From Candidatus Diapherotrites archaeon LH_S9 (GTDB lineage Archaea > B1Sed10-29 > WALL01 > JAGXON01), in contig JAGXON010000001.1 in assembly GCA_023659865.1 (NCBI GenBank), forward strand, positions 45,968 through 109,967: a stretch of 64,000 nt of DNA. The letters run 5' to 3'. Below, piece by piece: positions 19,179 to 27,887 of the stretch. The translations under genes were made by a program, and so were the position numbers. Every line of letters begins with the position of its first letter. The stretch's first letter is position 1. Below the pieces are notes generated by a model. That model was not told the origin of the DNA. It saw only the letters and a list, made by a program, of their open reading frames with translations, and searched no databases.

Positions 19179-19631
19179 GTGAGTAATATGACTTATAAAA
19201 ATACTCCGATTCCGGAAGACAAGGACCCAGAAGACTATACCCATAACGAAAGAAGGGCAGAAATACTAAAACATATCATAGATGCTGGCCTAAGCCGTAG
19301 AGTAAATCAGACGGAATTAGCTCAGAGATATGAAGCTTCCCAACCACAGATATCTCGGGACTTTAAAAGGATAAAGGAAGAAATACGGGACACTATTGGA
19401 AACGATATACAGGTGGATGCTTATGCTCTATACCAAAGTTCTATAGCTAAGTTACTTGACCAGGAGAGACCTTATTTAGCTTGTAAGGTTATGGATGACT
19501 ATCTAAAGTTTATATATGGTATAGGAATAGAAAAATCACCTGAAAAAATAGATAGTGAGTGCTCTGATCTTAGGGAACGCTTGTCTGAAGCGGCTAAAAA
19601 AATTGACAAGGAAGATTTTAAGGAGAAGTAA
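19179..19631 (+). CDS. HTH DNA-binding protein, candidate terminase small subunit
   Basis: A winged-helix/HTH segment (LSRRVNQTELAQRYEASQPQISRDFKRI) is present. Its position immediately upstream of terL, separated by 2 nt, supports the call. Confidence 0.4.
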   Translation: MSNMTYKNTPIPEDKDPEDYTHNERRAEILKHIIDAGLSRRVNQTELAQRYEASQPQISRDFKRIKEEIRDTIGNDIQVDAYALYQSSIAKLLDQERPYLACKVMDDYLKFIYGIGIEKSPEKIDSECSDLRERLSEAAKKIDKEDFKEK

Positions 19632-19633
19632 AA

Positions 19634-21025
19634 GTGAATAAAAAGCAAATTACTGAAAACGAAGCAGAGAAATTAATACTCACGAGGAAAGGACGATTTG
19701 CAGTAATTAAAGAAATATTTAATGTACAACCAACACCAGGACAAATGGATATAATAGAATCCATTGCATTAAAGTCTCATTTAAAACGAGTAGTGATCTC
19801 TGCATATACACAATACGGAAAAACGTGGAGCATTGCTATAGGGATATTACTCTATATCTGGCTCCAGGAGAACGATGGTAAAAAAATCGATGTCGTCGCG
19901 CCGAATGAGCAGAGCAAGATACTGGGAGATTATATTGCAAAGCTTATTGCTGGCTGCCCTGTGCTCGGACCTTCACCCCTCAAAAAGACTAACAGGAAAA
20001 GAGAGACCCTTAAGAAAGAAGTCAGCCGTAAACACTTAACTTTCACTAACGACTGTGAATTAAGGATATTGAGTGCACAGGGCCCAGCAGAGAGACTGAT
20101 GGGTCATGGCACGGATTTGCTGGTAATCGATGCAGCTTGTCTGATTGACCCTGAGGTTTATCGCTCTAAGATTAGTCGTGTGTTAGGAGATTCTCCTGAC
20201 ACGAAGCTCGTGGAAACCGGTAATCCATTGAATAAAAATAATCAGATGTGGGAGCATTGGACCGACCCTAATTTCAAAAAAATTCATGTTCCTTACACTG
20301 TTGGTTTAGAAGAAGGACGGGTGAGTGAAGACGTTATAGAAGAGCAACGAAGAGAACTCGACAGTACAACCTTTAAAGTCCTATACAAAGCGGAATTCCC
20401 AGACACTGTCGAGCAAGGACTGATTAGACACTCCTGGAAAGAGAAAGCAGTCCAGAGAGACCCGTTCGACCTAAAAGAAAGCCAGGAAATCGTTGGAATA
20501 GACGTTGCCGAATTCGGTGAAGATAAGACAGTTATAACCACCACAAAACAACTCAATAATAAAGTCAATGTAACAAAAGTAGAATCCTGGGAACGACTAG
20601 ACACCACGGAAACGGCGGATAAAATAGCTGACCACTTAGAAGGACATGAATACCTAGTAGTAGACGCAATAGGGGTTGGGAGCGGCGTAGCTAGCCGCCT
20701 CAAGCAAAAAGGATTCCAAGTAAACGCTATGAAAGTCAATAAAAGTCCCACAAACGAGAAACACAGGTTTACAAACAAGAAAGCGCAATACTATTGGAAA
20801 CTACGCGGTTTATTCGAAGATGGGAGAATCCAACTAAAAGAAGACATGAAAAACAAGGATAAGCTAGAAAAACAATTAAGTCAAATACAATACGAATTCA
20901 ACTCAAAAGAAAAGATTAAGATAAATGACCCACGAAAATCTCCCGATTACGCTGGCTCGTTGATGCTGGCTTGCAGTAAATCCCACGCTGGAACAGGGGG
21001 CGCTATAGTCGGAATTCGTTTTTAA
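19634..21025 (+). CDS. terL: Terminase large subunit (ATPase plus RNase-H-fold nuclease)
   Basis: Walker A (AYTQYGKTWS) and Walker B (DLLVIDAA) are present. The C-terminal nuclease begins VGIDVAEFGEDKTV. The length of 463 aa is typical. Confidence 0.6.
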   Translation: MNKKQITENEAEKLILTRKGRFAVIKEIFNVQPTPGQMDIIESIALKSHLKRVVISAYTQYGKTWSIAIGILLYIWLQENDGKKIDVVAPNEQSKILGDYIAKLIAGCPVLGPSPLKKTNRKRETLKKEVSRKHLTFTNDCELRILSAQGPAERLMGHGTDLLVIDAACLIDPEVYRSKISRVLGDSPDTKLVETGNPLNKNNQMWEHWTDPNFKKIHVPYTVGLEEGRVSEDVIEEQRRELDSTTFKVLYKAEFPDTVEQGLIRHSWKEKAVQRDPFDLKESQEIVGIDVAEFGEDKTVITTTKQLNNKVNVTKVESWERLDTTETADKIADHLEGHEYLVVDAIGVGSGVASRLKQKGFQVNAMKVNKSPTNEKHRFTNKKAQYYWKLRGLFEDGRIQLKEDMKNKDKLEKQLSQIQYEFNSKEKIKINDPRKSPDYAGSLMLACSKSHAGTGGAIVGIRF

Positions 21026-21067
21026 AGAAAAACCATTTTAAAGAAGGTAGTATATAAAGTTAAGTGA

Positions 21068-22342
21068 ATGCATATGAATTTTAAAGAAACACTACAGAAA
21101 CCAGTAAACTATATCAAGAACATGTATCACAAAGACACATCTACCGGCACTGATGCCGGGGACTACAAGATACCACATTTTCCTTATAAAGACCGGTATA
21201 TATACGATGTTGCTAACTACAGCAGTGTCTTGAACAATATTCTTCAAACTATCCAGACCGAGTTATTTAAAAATGGCTGGGAGTTCATTCCCAAGTATGA
21301 ATATATTTGCACCAGCTGCGGGAGAGAGTACGACCACGAGCCCGAACAGAAGAACGATGAAGGCGTACCTATCTGTAGTAACTGCGGTAACATAGTAACC
21401 AAACCCGACAAAAGCAGCATAAGAAACGTGAAGAAACAGCTCAGAAGAGACGTGAACTATAATAATCAAACGCTTACTGAAGTTCTCAAAGAAATCGAAT
21501 GGGACTTAGACGCTTACGACTCCGCTTACTTATATTTAGAGAAGAATTATGAACACGATTCGGACGGCAAACTCGTGAACACTGAAATCGACGAGATAGT
21601 TAAACTGCAACCAATCAGAATGAGAATAATCAAGAACGATAGAGGCATGCCAGCTACTGACCAAAAAGGAGACTCCATCAGATTCTGCCCAGAACATAGG
21701 GGCAAAAAAACAAAGAGAGATTACTGTGAGCAATGCGGACGAGAGACCCTCCCCACCTATTTTGTTAAGGAGAAGGGAGAGGAAAAAAAGTACTTCAGTA
21801 ATGATGAAGTCAAACACCTGAAGAAATACCGCCCGACAGAACCATACGGCTGGAGCCCAGTCATCCCTCTCTGGCAAAAAATACATATCCTTTATTTCAT
21901 GAATAGAGATAAGCCACCGAAGGGCCCCAAGAACTTTGCGAAGTACACAGAAATGAGGAACGGGCTCAAAAAAGAAGTAGATTCAACATACGGAGTCATG
22001 CCATTGTTCCAGGGAAACCTCGAAGGAGTAGGAGGATTGAACAACGAAGGCCAAGAGATTACTATAACCAACAGTGCTATGAGAAAAGGGCAAGAAGTAT
22101 TCAATAAGAAACTATTTCCCTGGCTTTGTGACCAACTGAGTTTAGAACATTGGACCATCGAACTCAATGAAGTCGAAACCAGAGACGTTGCGCAAGAAAA
22201 GCAACAGATTAACCAACGACGTATCCAGAACGCTGTGCAGATGAGTCAGATAGGATTCAACGTAGAATTGGATGAAAAAGAAGATAATAAATACGTCTCA
22301 TTCAAGTATAGCGGGAAAGCGGAAAAACCGAGTGAACAGTAA
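21068..22342 (+). CDS. Portal-like protein (positional inference) with two inserted zinc ribbons
   Basis: A 424-aa protein directly downstream of terL. CTSCG...CSNCGN and CPEH...CEQCG pairs are present. The portal identity is not established by motif. Confidence 0.3.
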   Translation: MHMNFKETLQKPVNYIKNMYHKDTSTGTDAGDYKIPHFPYKDRYIYDVANYSSVLNNILQTIQTELFKNGWEFIPKYEYICTSCGREYDHEPEQKNDEGVPICSNCGNIVTKPDKSSIRNVKKQLRRDVNYNNQTLTEVLKEIEWDLDAYDSAYLYLEKNYEHDSDGKLVNTEIDEIVKLQPIRMRIIKNDRGMPATDQKGDSIRFCPEHRGKKTKRDYCEQCGRETLPTYFVKEKGEEKKYFSNDEVKHLKKYRPTEPYGWSPVIPLWQKIHILYFMNRDKPPKGPKNFAKYTEMRNGLKKEVDSTYGVMPLFQGNLEGVGGLNNEGQEITITNSAMRKGQEVFNKKLFPWLCDQLSLEHWTIELNEVETRDVAQEKQQINQRRIQNAVQMSQIGFNVELDEKEDNKYVSFKYSGKAEKPSEQ

Positions 22343-22464
22343 AAACCTACAACACCCGATACCATTTTTCAGTAAGACAGCCCACTCAAATTAAAAAAAC
22401 ACTCGGAAAAGAACCGAATAAGGCGCGTGAGGAAGTACAGAACCAGATCGAGAAAGAAACGGAC

Positions 22465-22722
22465 GTGAATCTATTTATAAGCAAAGAAGACCTAAGCCAG
22501 AACTTTAGTGAACTTCTTAACGAGCTCTGGAACAAGAGATACAAAAGCCTTTACAAAGACCTTTCTCAGGATAAAAGCAAAGAAGAGAAAGAATGGTGTG
22601 AAGCTGCCATGGCGTTCTGCAATGCATGCGAAGAACTGGGCAGGGAACCTGCGGAGTCGTTGCTTCAAGCAAGAGGGTTGGAAGAGGCAGCTAAAACTAT
22701 AAACTTCACTCCTTCTTTTTAG
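22465..22722 (+). CDS. Hypothetical small protein
   Basis: ORF only. Confidence 0.25.
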   Translation: MNLFISKEDLSQNFSELLNELWNKRYKSLYKDLSQDKSKEEKEWCEAAMAFCNACEELGREPAESLLQARGLEEAAKTINFTPSF

Positions 22723-23164
22723 TTTTATCTTTAGCTCTCAATGCGAAGTGACCAATTATAACAAATACAATCCCTAAAAAGAAACCGATTACTCCCGCAA
22801 TAATCGTGATAACCCCCCCGCCAACCCCGGCACCAATTACTTCTGCTGCATCACTTACATTAACATTAGCTGCAGTATAATTTATAGTATAAATTATCGC
22901 TACAATTGGCATCAAAAAGAATTCAATTGCAAGAGCAACTGATGCCCATCCAAACATTCTTCGAAGGTCATTAACTCGATATAATCCGTATGAAAATCCA
23001 ATCCAACTAATAAAAAACAACGAAACAAGGATAATAAAAAACAACCAAACGGGAGCACCTACAGTGGCGATACCTGTCAACATACACAAAAATAATCCTA
23101 ATATGAATCCAAAAAATGTTGCAAGTCCAATCAGTTTTAGTTTACTGAAATCCATATAACACAC
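22706..23164 (-). CDS. Small multi-pass membrane protein
   Basis: Four hydrophobic helices. Confidence 0.35.
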   Translation of the reverse strand: MCYMDFSKLKLIGLATFFGFILGLFLCMLTGIATVGAPVWLFFIILVSLFFISWIGFSYGLYRVNDLRRMFGWASVALAIEFFLMPIVAIIYTINYTAANVNVSDAAEVIGAGVGGGVITIIAGVIGFFLGIVFVIIGHFALRAKDKTKKKE

Positions 23165-23212
23165 CTAATTACTATTTTTGCGTCTAAATTTACTAATCCA
23201 CTTGTTATATTC

Positions 23213-24319
23213 TCAATTTAAAGGAACACTGAACTCGAATTCATCTTGCAAGAATCCACCACCTTTAAAACGGAATGTACCTGTTCCTGAATCCTTTGGA
23301 ATATTTTTAAATGTCCATGAACCACTTTTAGTTGCTCCAGGTAGTAAAGTGCTACTATAAGTATCGACCTCACATGAAAAACATGGAGAAACATCGTACT
23401 GATGTTTGTCAGAATCTAAAATAAGAATAGAACGAGGTCGGAAATACCAGGTTTTATTACGAATATTTTTAACATCGAATTCAATTTTATAATCATCCCC
23501 ATCAAATCCAGCATATTTAACCGTAAATTTAAATTCATCGCTAGCTACAGTTTTGTCTATAGTATGTTTGGTACTTTCATAATCCCCTGTCACTTCTACA
23601 TTATTTAAGTCATCACTTGATGTTACCTCTTCACCATATAACGCCAACCATACTTCACCATCTTCCTCTCGTTCAAATGCAAGGACAGGTTTGGAATCAG
23701 ACGAATCTACTTCAAATGCCATCCATCCTTCCTGAGCTGAACCTGGATAGAGAGATGTACCAAATTGAGGGTCAGGTTCAACAATCGAACCCCACTCATT
23801 GTACACTCTTCCTGATTCTGACACTACATCAAATTCATAATGTGTAGCATCAAATGCATCATCATCTTCCATAGAAATTAATTCAAATTTTATTTTCGCC
23901 AATATGTAATCCTTATCTGGCTTCGGTGCCTCATTTACCATGCTGGCTTCTTCAATCATTGACCATGCAGCACTTCCGCGTTTTATATCAGTGACAGTTA
24001 TCTTAGCTGAACCTGTTCCACAGAACAAATCAAAATTAGAGATTAGAGGAGTTCCAATCGGAGATGGATTTGCTCTTGAATTAGTAGTTTGAGGATGGGT
24101 GTTGCCGTTGGAATTTGCGTTGGCCTCGGAGTCACTGTTAGAGGTAGCAGAAACGCTGGAACTTGCGTTGGTTGACTGAGGACAATCCTGTGGATTCGAC
24201 ACAGTTGAACCATCTGAACAAACATAGTTAGTTGAACTAACATTAGTTGAACTAACACATCCAGCTAAAACTACAACTCCAATGATAACTAATAGTAGAC
24301 TTAAACGCATGATGAACAC
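23213..24319 (-). CDS. Secreted lipoprotein-like protein with two DUF4352-like beta-sandwich domains
   Basis: A signal/lipobox-like LAGCVSS is followed by a Ser/Thr/Asn-rich linker. Two domains end in the PGxxxxGW motif typical of DUF4352. Confidence 0.5.
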   Translation of the reverse strand: MFIMRLSLLLVIIGVVVLAGCVSSTNVSSTNYVCSDGSTVSNPQDCPQSTNASSSVSATSNSDSEANANSNGNTHPQTTNSRANPSPIGTPLISNFDLFCGTGSAKITVTDIKRGSAAWSMIEEASMVNEAPKPDKDYILAKIKFELISMEDDDAFDATHYEFDVVSESGRVYNEWGSIVEPDPQFGTSLYPGSAQEGWMAFEVDSSDSKPVLAFEREEDGEVWLALYGEEVTSSDDLNNVEVTGDYESTKHTIDKTVASDEFKFTVKYAGFDGDDYKIEFDVKNIRNKTWYFRPRSILILDSDKHQYDVSPCFSCEVDTYSSTLLPGATKSGSWTFKNIPKDSGTGTFRFKGGGFLQDEFEFSVPLN

Positions 24320-24737
24320 CTGCTTTTACTTTTGGTGTTATATAAACATAAAAACATTACTTAATTTCGTAGCATTTTCTAGAATCCCCCACGCCATTTC
24401 TTTCTCACGAGGATTGTCACTAACTGCATACTCCAGACATATTTGTTGATTTGGCGCGTTTTGTTGTTCGTTTGAGTAATTTTGAAAATGCGTTCCCATC
24501 CATTCTTGTTGCATACGTTTTTGATTGCTTCCCAAATTTAAGGGGAAAAAAGGGCATCCCTCTTCTTGTTCAACGATGGGAATCCACCCACAACCTCCCT
24601 CAAGAAAAATTAGCCACTGCACAAGCCCGGAAAGACGGAAGCAAGCAGATAGACATTCCTTTTGAAGACGGAACCCTTTTCAAGTCAGAAAAACCTCGCG
24701 AAGCACACGAAATTAGAGTATTCATCAAAAAGTAATC

Positions 24738-24774
24738 AAAACCTTTAAAAACCATAATGAATACAAATTCATAT
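24738..24774 (+). promoter_or_regulatory. Archaeal promoter (TATA-like CTTTAAAAA) followed by the 8-4-8 palindrome TAATGAAT-ACAA-ATTCATAT, overlapping the predicted TSS
   Basis: The 37-nt block is nearly identical to 29613-29649. Confidence 0.55.
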
Positions 24775-24775
24775 C

Positions 24776-24928
24776 ATGACTAACGGAAGAGGAAGAAAAG
24801 GCGGAAAAGCCCTCGGGCCAGGAGGACAATGCGTTTGCCCTGAATGCGGGAAAAAAGTACCGCACGAGAGAGGCGTCCCCTGCTACAAAAAAAACTGCCC
24901 AAAATGTGGAAGCAAAATGACGAGGTAA
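24776..24928 (+). CDS. 50-aa zinc-ribbon protein with a Gly/Arg-rich N-terminus, not in the ORF track
   Basis: Translation is MTNGRGRKGGKALGPGGQCVCPECGKKVPHERGVPCYKKNCPKCGSKMTR. Two CxxC pairs are present. It ends 4 nt before the next gene and begins just after the operator. Confidence 0.5.
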   Translation: MTNGRGRKGGKALGPGGQCVCPECGKKVPHERGVPCYKKNCPKCGSKMTR

Positions 24929-24932
24929 AAAA

Positions 24933-25424
24933 ATGAAAATAGCAATACCCTCAACAGGAAAATCGATAGACAGCACGATAAGTAACATCTTTGGAAGATG
25001 CCCAGTATACATAATAGCCGAGATAAAAGAAGATCCAGAAACAGGAAAAAAAGAGATAGGAAAAGCAGAAGCCATAGAAAACCCTGCTGTCGGACAAAGA
25101 GGAGGAGCAGGAATAATGGCATCCCAAACGCTCGGCAACGAAGACGTGGACATAGTAATAGCCCCAAGAATAGGGCCAAGAGCATTCAACGTACTCCAAA
25201 AAATAGGCATAGAGATATACCAAGCCTCCGGAAACACCGTGAAACAAAACCTGGACAACTTCCTTGAAAACAAACTAAACAAGATAAACTCTCCCGGCCA
25301 GATGGGCATGGGCCCAAAACCAGGAGCTGGAAGAGGCGCAGGCAGAGGCCAGGGCGCTGGACAAGGAAGAGGACAAGGCGGTGGAGCCGGACAAGGAAAA
25401 GGTAGAGGACAAGGAAGAAAATGA
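24933..25424 (+). CDS. NifX/NafY-like (Nitro_FeMo-Co family, PF02579) protein with a C-terminal Gly/Arg/Gln-rich tail
   Basis: MKIAIPSTGKSIDSTISNIFGRCPVYIIAEI matches the dinitrogenase FeMo-cofactor-binding fold. The tail is GAGRGAGRGQGAGQGRGQGGGAGQGKGRGQGRK. Confidence 0.6.
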   Translation: MKIAIPSTGKSIDSTISNIFGRCPVYIIAEIKEDPETGKKEIGKAEAIENPAVGQRGGAGIMASQTLGNEDVDIVIAPRIGPRAFNVLQKIGIEIYQASGNTVKQNLDNFLENKLNKINSPGQMGMGPKPGAGRGAGRGQGAGQGRGQGGGAGQGKGRGQGRK

Positions 25425-26668
25425 GCGATAACCTAAAGAAAGGAGAGGACGCAGCAGGAAAAGTGAGCATAGTTACTTTTCTTCTAGCTGCAGGGAAAGG
25501 AATCGCTGGAGTGATGACTGGAAGCATAGCTTTGCTCACAGACGCTCTTCACTCCACTGTCGACTTAGTCGTGGCGGTTGCTTCCTGGCTTAGTCTAAAG
25601 CTTTCTCAAAGAGAAGCCGATGAACAGTTCCAGTACGGGTACTACAAAGCAGAGAACCTGGCAGCGTTCGTAATCTCTTTTTTCATCCTCTACGCAGCTT
25701 TCAACTTTGCAATAGAAGGTATAAAAAGGCTCTCGGTTGTAGAACCAATAAAACTGCCTTTCCTGGCAATGGGAGCTACGCTAGTATCAGCAATCGTTTC
25801 CGGATACCTAGTGAAATACTTAAGGGAAAAAGGAGAGGAAACAGGATCTGCATCGCTTTTGGCGAACGCAAAAGAAACTCTTGCAGACGTAATGTCTTCA
25901 TTAGTTGTCTTCGTCGCCATAGTGTGCACTTACCTAGAGATACCTTACGTTGAAGGAGTAGTCACAATAGGAATATCGTTATTTATATTCAAAGAAGGTT
26001 TCGAAACCATTAAAGACTCTTCTTTTGCTTTAATGGACGTCAGCCCAAGCAAAAAACTAGAAAAAGAAGTTGCAGAAGCAGCTAAAAAAGTGAACGGAGT
26101 CAAAGAAGTCAATAACCTGAAACTAAGAAAATCCGGTCCATTCATCCTGGGCGACCTGGACGTTCAGATAAGTAAGTCAGCCGACGTGGAAAGAGCTCAC
26201 ACAGTAGCAGACGAGATAGAGGAAAAAGCAAAAAGAAACGTGAAAGAACTTGAATCAATAGCCGTGCAAGTCGAGCCATTCAAACCAAAGGAAAGAACAG
26301 TTGCAATACCTGTAAAAGAAGATAAAGGAATGAAATCAGAGGTGAGCAATCACCTGGGAAGATGCGAACACATCGTTTTCCTGAACATCACTCCAGAAGA
26401 AAAAACAATAGAAAAAATCATGAAGAACGAGTACAAACAAAAGAAAGTTAGAGCTGGATTATCGCTGTCAAGAGAGTTATGCGAGCAAAAAACAGATGCA
26501 GTAGTAGTGCAAAGAATCGGAGAGATAAGCTTCCACACGCTAAGAGACTGTTTCACCGACATATACAAAACCGAGGGAAAAACAGTGGAAGAAGTATCAA
26601 AAAAAGTAAGGAAAAACCAGCTAAAGCTCTTGAAAGAACCTACAAAAAGATCAGGAGCCAAAAAATGA
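25421..26668 (+). CDS. Cation diffusion facilitator (CDF) metal efflux transporter fused to a C-terminal NifX-like domain
   Basis: Six TM segments with the HSTVDLV motif and a cytoplasmic CDF domain. The C-terminal ~110 aa contain IAIPVKEDKGMKSEVSNHLGRCEHIVFLNI, a Nitro_FeMo-Co pattern. An ATGA overlap links it to the upstream gene. Confidence 0.6.
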   Translation: MSDNLKKGEDAAGKVSIVTFLLAAGKGIAGVMTGSIALLTDALHSTVDLVVAVASWLSLKLSQREADEQFQYGYYKAENLAAFVISFFILYAAFNFAIEGIKRLSVVEPIKLPFLAMGATLVSAIVSGYLVKYLREKGEETGSASLLANAKETLADVMSSLVVFVAIVCTYLEIPYVEGVVTIGISLFIFKEGFETIKDSSFALMDVSPSKKLEKEVAEAAKKVNGVKEVNNLKLRKSGPFILGDLDVQISKSADVERAHTVADEIEEKAKRNVKELESIAVQVEPFKPKERTVAIPVKEDKGMKSEVSNHLGRCEHIVFLNITPEEKTIEKIMKNEYKQKKVRAGLSLSRELCEQKTDAVVVQRIGEISFHTLRDCFTDIYKTEGKTVEEVSKKVRKNQLKLLKEPTKRSGAKK

Positions 26669-27030
26669 AAGTAGCCATACCCACAGACTCAGGAAAAGTC
26701 GCTCCTCACTTCGGAAGAGCCCCAGAATACACTATCGCCATCATCGAAGAAAAAGAAGTCAGCAAAAAACAAAAAATAGATAATCCTGGCCACAAACCAG
26801 GTTATCTGCCGAAATTCTTCAACGAAAAAGGCGTAGACGTCATGCTGGTTAAAGGGATAGGAAGAAGAGCAGTTTCCTTGTTCAACCAGTTCGACATCGA
26901 TATTGTGACAGGAGCTCAAGGCAAGATAGATGAAGTGCTCGAAAAATTCGTTGAAGAAGAACTAGATGAAAAAAGCAATCCATGCAAACCAGGTAAAGGA
27001 AAAGACTACGGAATAGAAAAGGAGGATTAA
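26665..27030 (+). CDS. NifX/NafY-like (Nitro_FeMo-Co family) protein
   Basis: MKVAIPTDSGKVAPHFGRAPEYTIAIIEE is present. I placed the start at 26665, coupled to the CDF stop, rather than the longer track ORF. Confidence 0.6.
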   Translation: MKVAIPTDSGKVAPHFGRAPEYTIAIIEEKEVSKKQKIDNPGHKPGYLPKFFNEKGVDVMLVKGIGRRAVSLFNQFDIDIVTGAQGKIDEVLEKFVEEELDEKSNPCKPGKGKDYGIEKED

Positions 27031-27031
27031 A

Positions 27032-27775
27032 TTGACCAAACTAATGATGATCCTGGCAGCAAGTCTTCTTTCAGCCGTTCTCTGCAGCCTAGGCGTCCTA
27101 GTCATCTGGAGATTCAGAGAATTCGGCGAAAAATCAATGAATTACTTCATGTACTTTGCTTCAGGAGTACTAGTATCAGCTGCATTCATGATAGCTGCTC
27201 CAAAAGCATTCAGCATGAACGAATACGGTCCCATGTTCATGTTGCTCGGTTTCTTATCCATCTTCCTTCTGGACAGATTCATAAACCTTTACGTTTGCCA
27301 CGGTCACACAAAAAAATGTACAAGAGGATTCAGAATAAGCGTAGTAGCGGCAATAGGAATAGCGCTTCATTCATTCGTTGACGGAATAATATACTCAACA
27401 ACATTCACCGTATCCTCCTTCCTTGGTGTGATGACCACTCTAGGACTGATATTCCACGAATTTCCTGAAGGGATAATAACATTCATACTATTCCTTAAAG
27501 GAGGGTTCAGTGAAAAAAAATCCTTGATTTACTCAATACTGATAGCAGCATTAACCACCCCCCTAGGAGCAATAATTAGTTACCCATTCATAAGCACGCT
27601 GAGAGGACCTAAACTAGGAGCAATGGTAGGCCTAACAGCTGGAGTGCTCGCATTCGTAGGAGCATCACACCTGCTGCCGGAAGCGGAAAGAAAAAGCAAG
27701 AAGTACGGAATAATAGCTTTCCTGCTCGGAATAGCAGTAGCATCAGTTCTGGTTGTGGTAAAAGGAGGAGTATGA
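27032..27775 (+). CDS. ZIP-family metal (Zn/Fe) transporter
   Basis: The HEFPEG motif, His-containing TM helices and a length of ~247 aa are consistent with the ZIP family. Confidence 0.65.
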   Translation: MTKLMMILAASLLSAVLCSLGVLVIWRFREFGEKSMNYFMYFASGVLVSAAFMIAAPKAFSMNEYGPMFMLLGFLSIFLLDRFINLYVCHGHTKKCTRGFRISVVAAIGIALHSFVDGIIYSTTFTVSSFLGVMTTLGLIFHEFPEGIITFILFLKGGFSEKKSLIYSILIAALTTPLGAIISYPFISTLRGPKLGAMVGLTAGVLAFVGASHLLPEAERKSKKYGIIAFLLGIAVASVLVVVKGGV

Positions 27776-27847
27776 AAACAAACGCGAAAAACAAAGCTAG
27801 CATTAATCCTGACATCATTAATCGCTCTCGCAATATACGTGAATCAA

Positions 27848-27875
27848 TTGAAAAGATTTCAACACTGAATTTCAA
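27848..27875 (+). promoter_or_regulatory. Palindromes TTGAAA-AGA-TTTCAA and TGAA-T-TTCA upstream of the MinD-ferredoxin ATPase pair
   Basis: Both are perfect inverted repeats 13-40 nt upstream of the ATG at 27888. Confidence 0.35.
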
Positions 27876-27887
27876 GGAGAAAATAAA

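Noticed and set aside
24883-25539. Several overlapping ORFs on both strands within the Gly/Arg-rich region (24883-25185, 24951-25247, 24998-25267, 25186-25539)
   Set aside because: They are artefacts of the GC-richer repetitive GRG-coding DNA. The plus-strand NifX-like and CDF genes explain the region.
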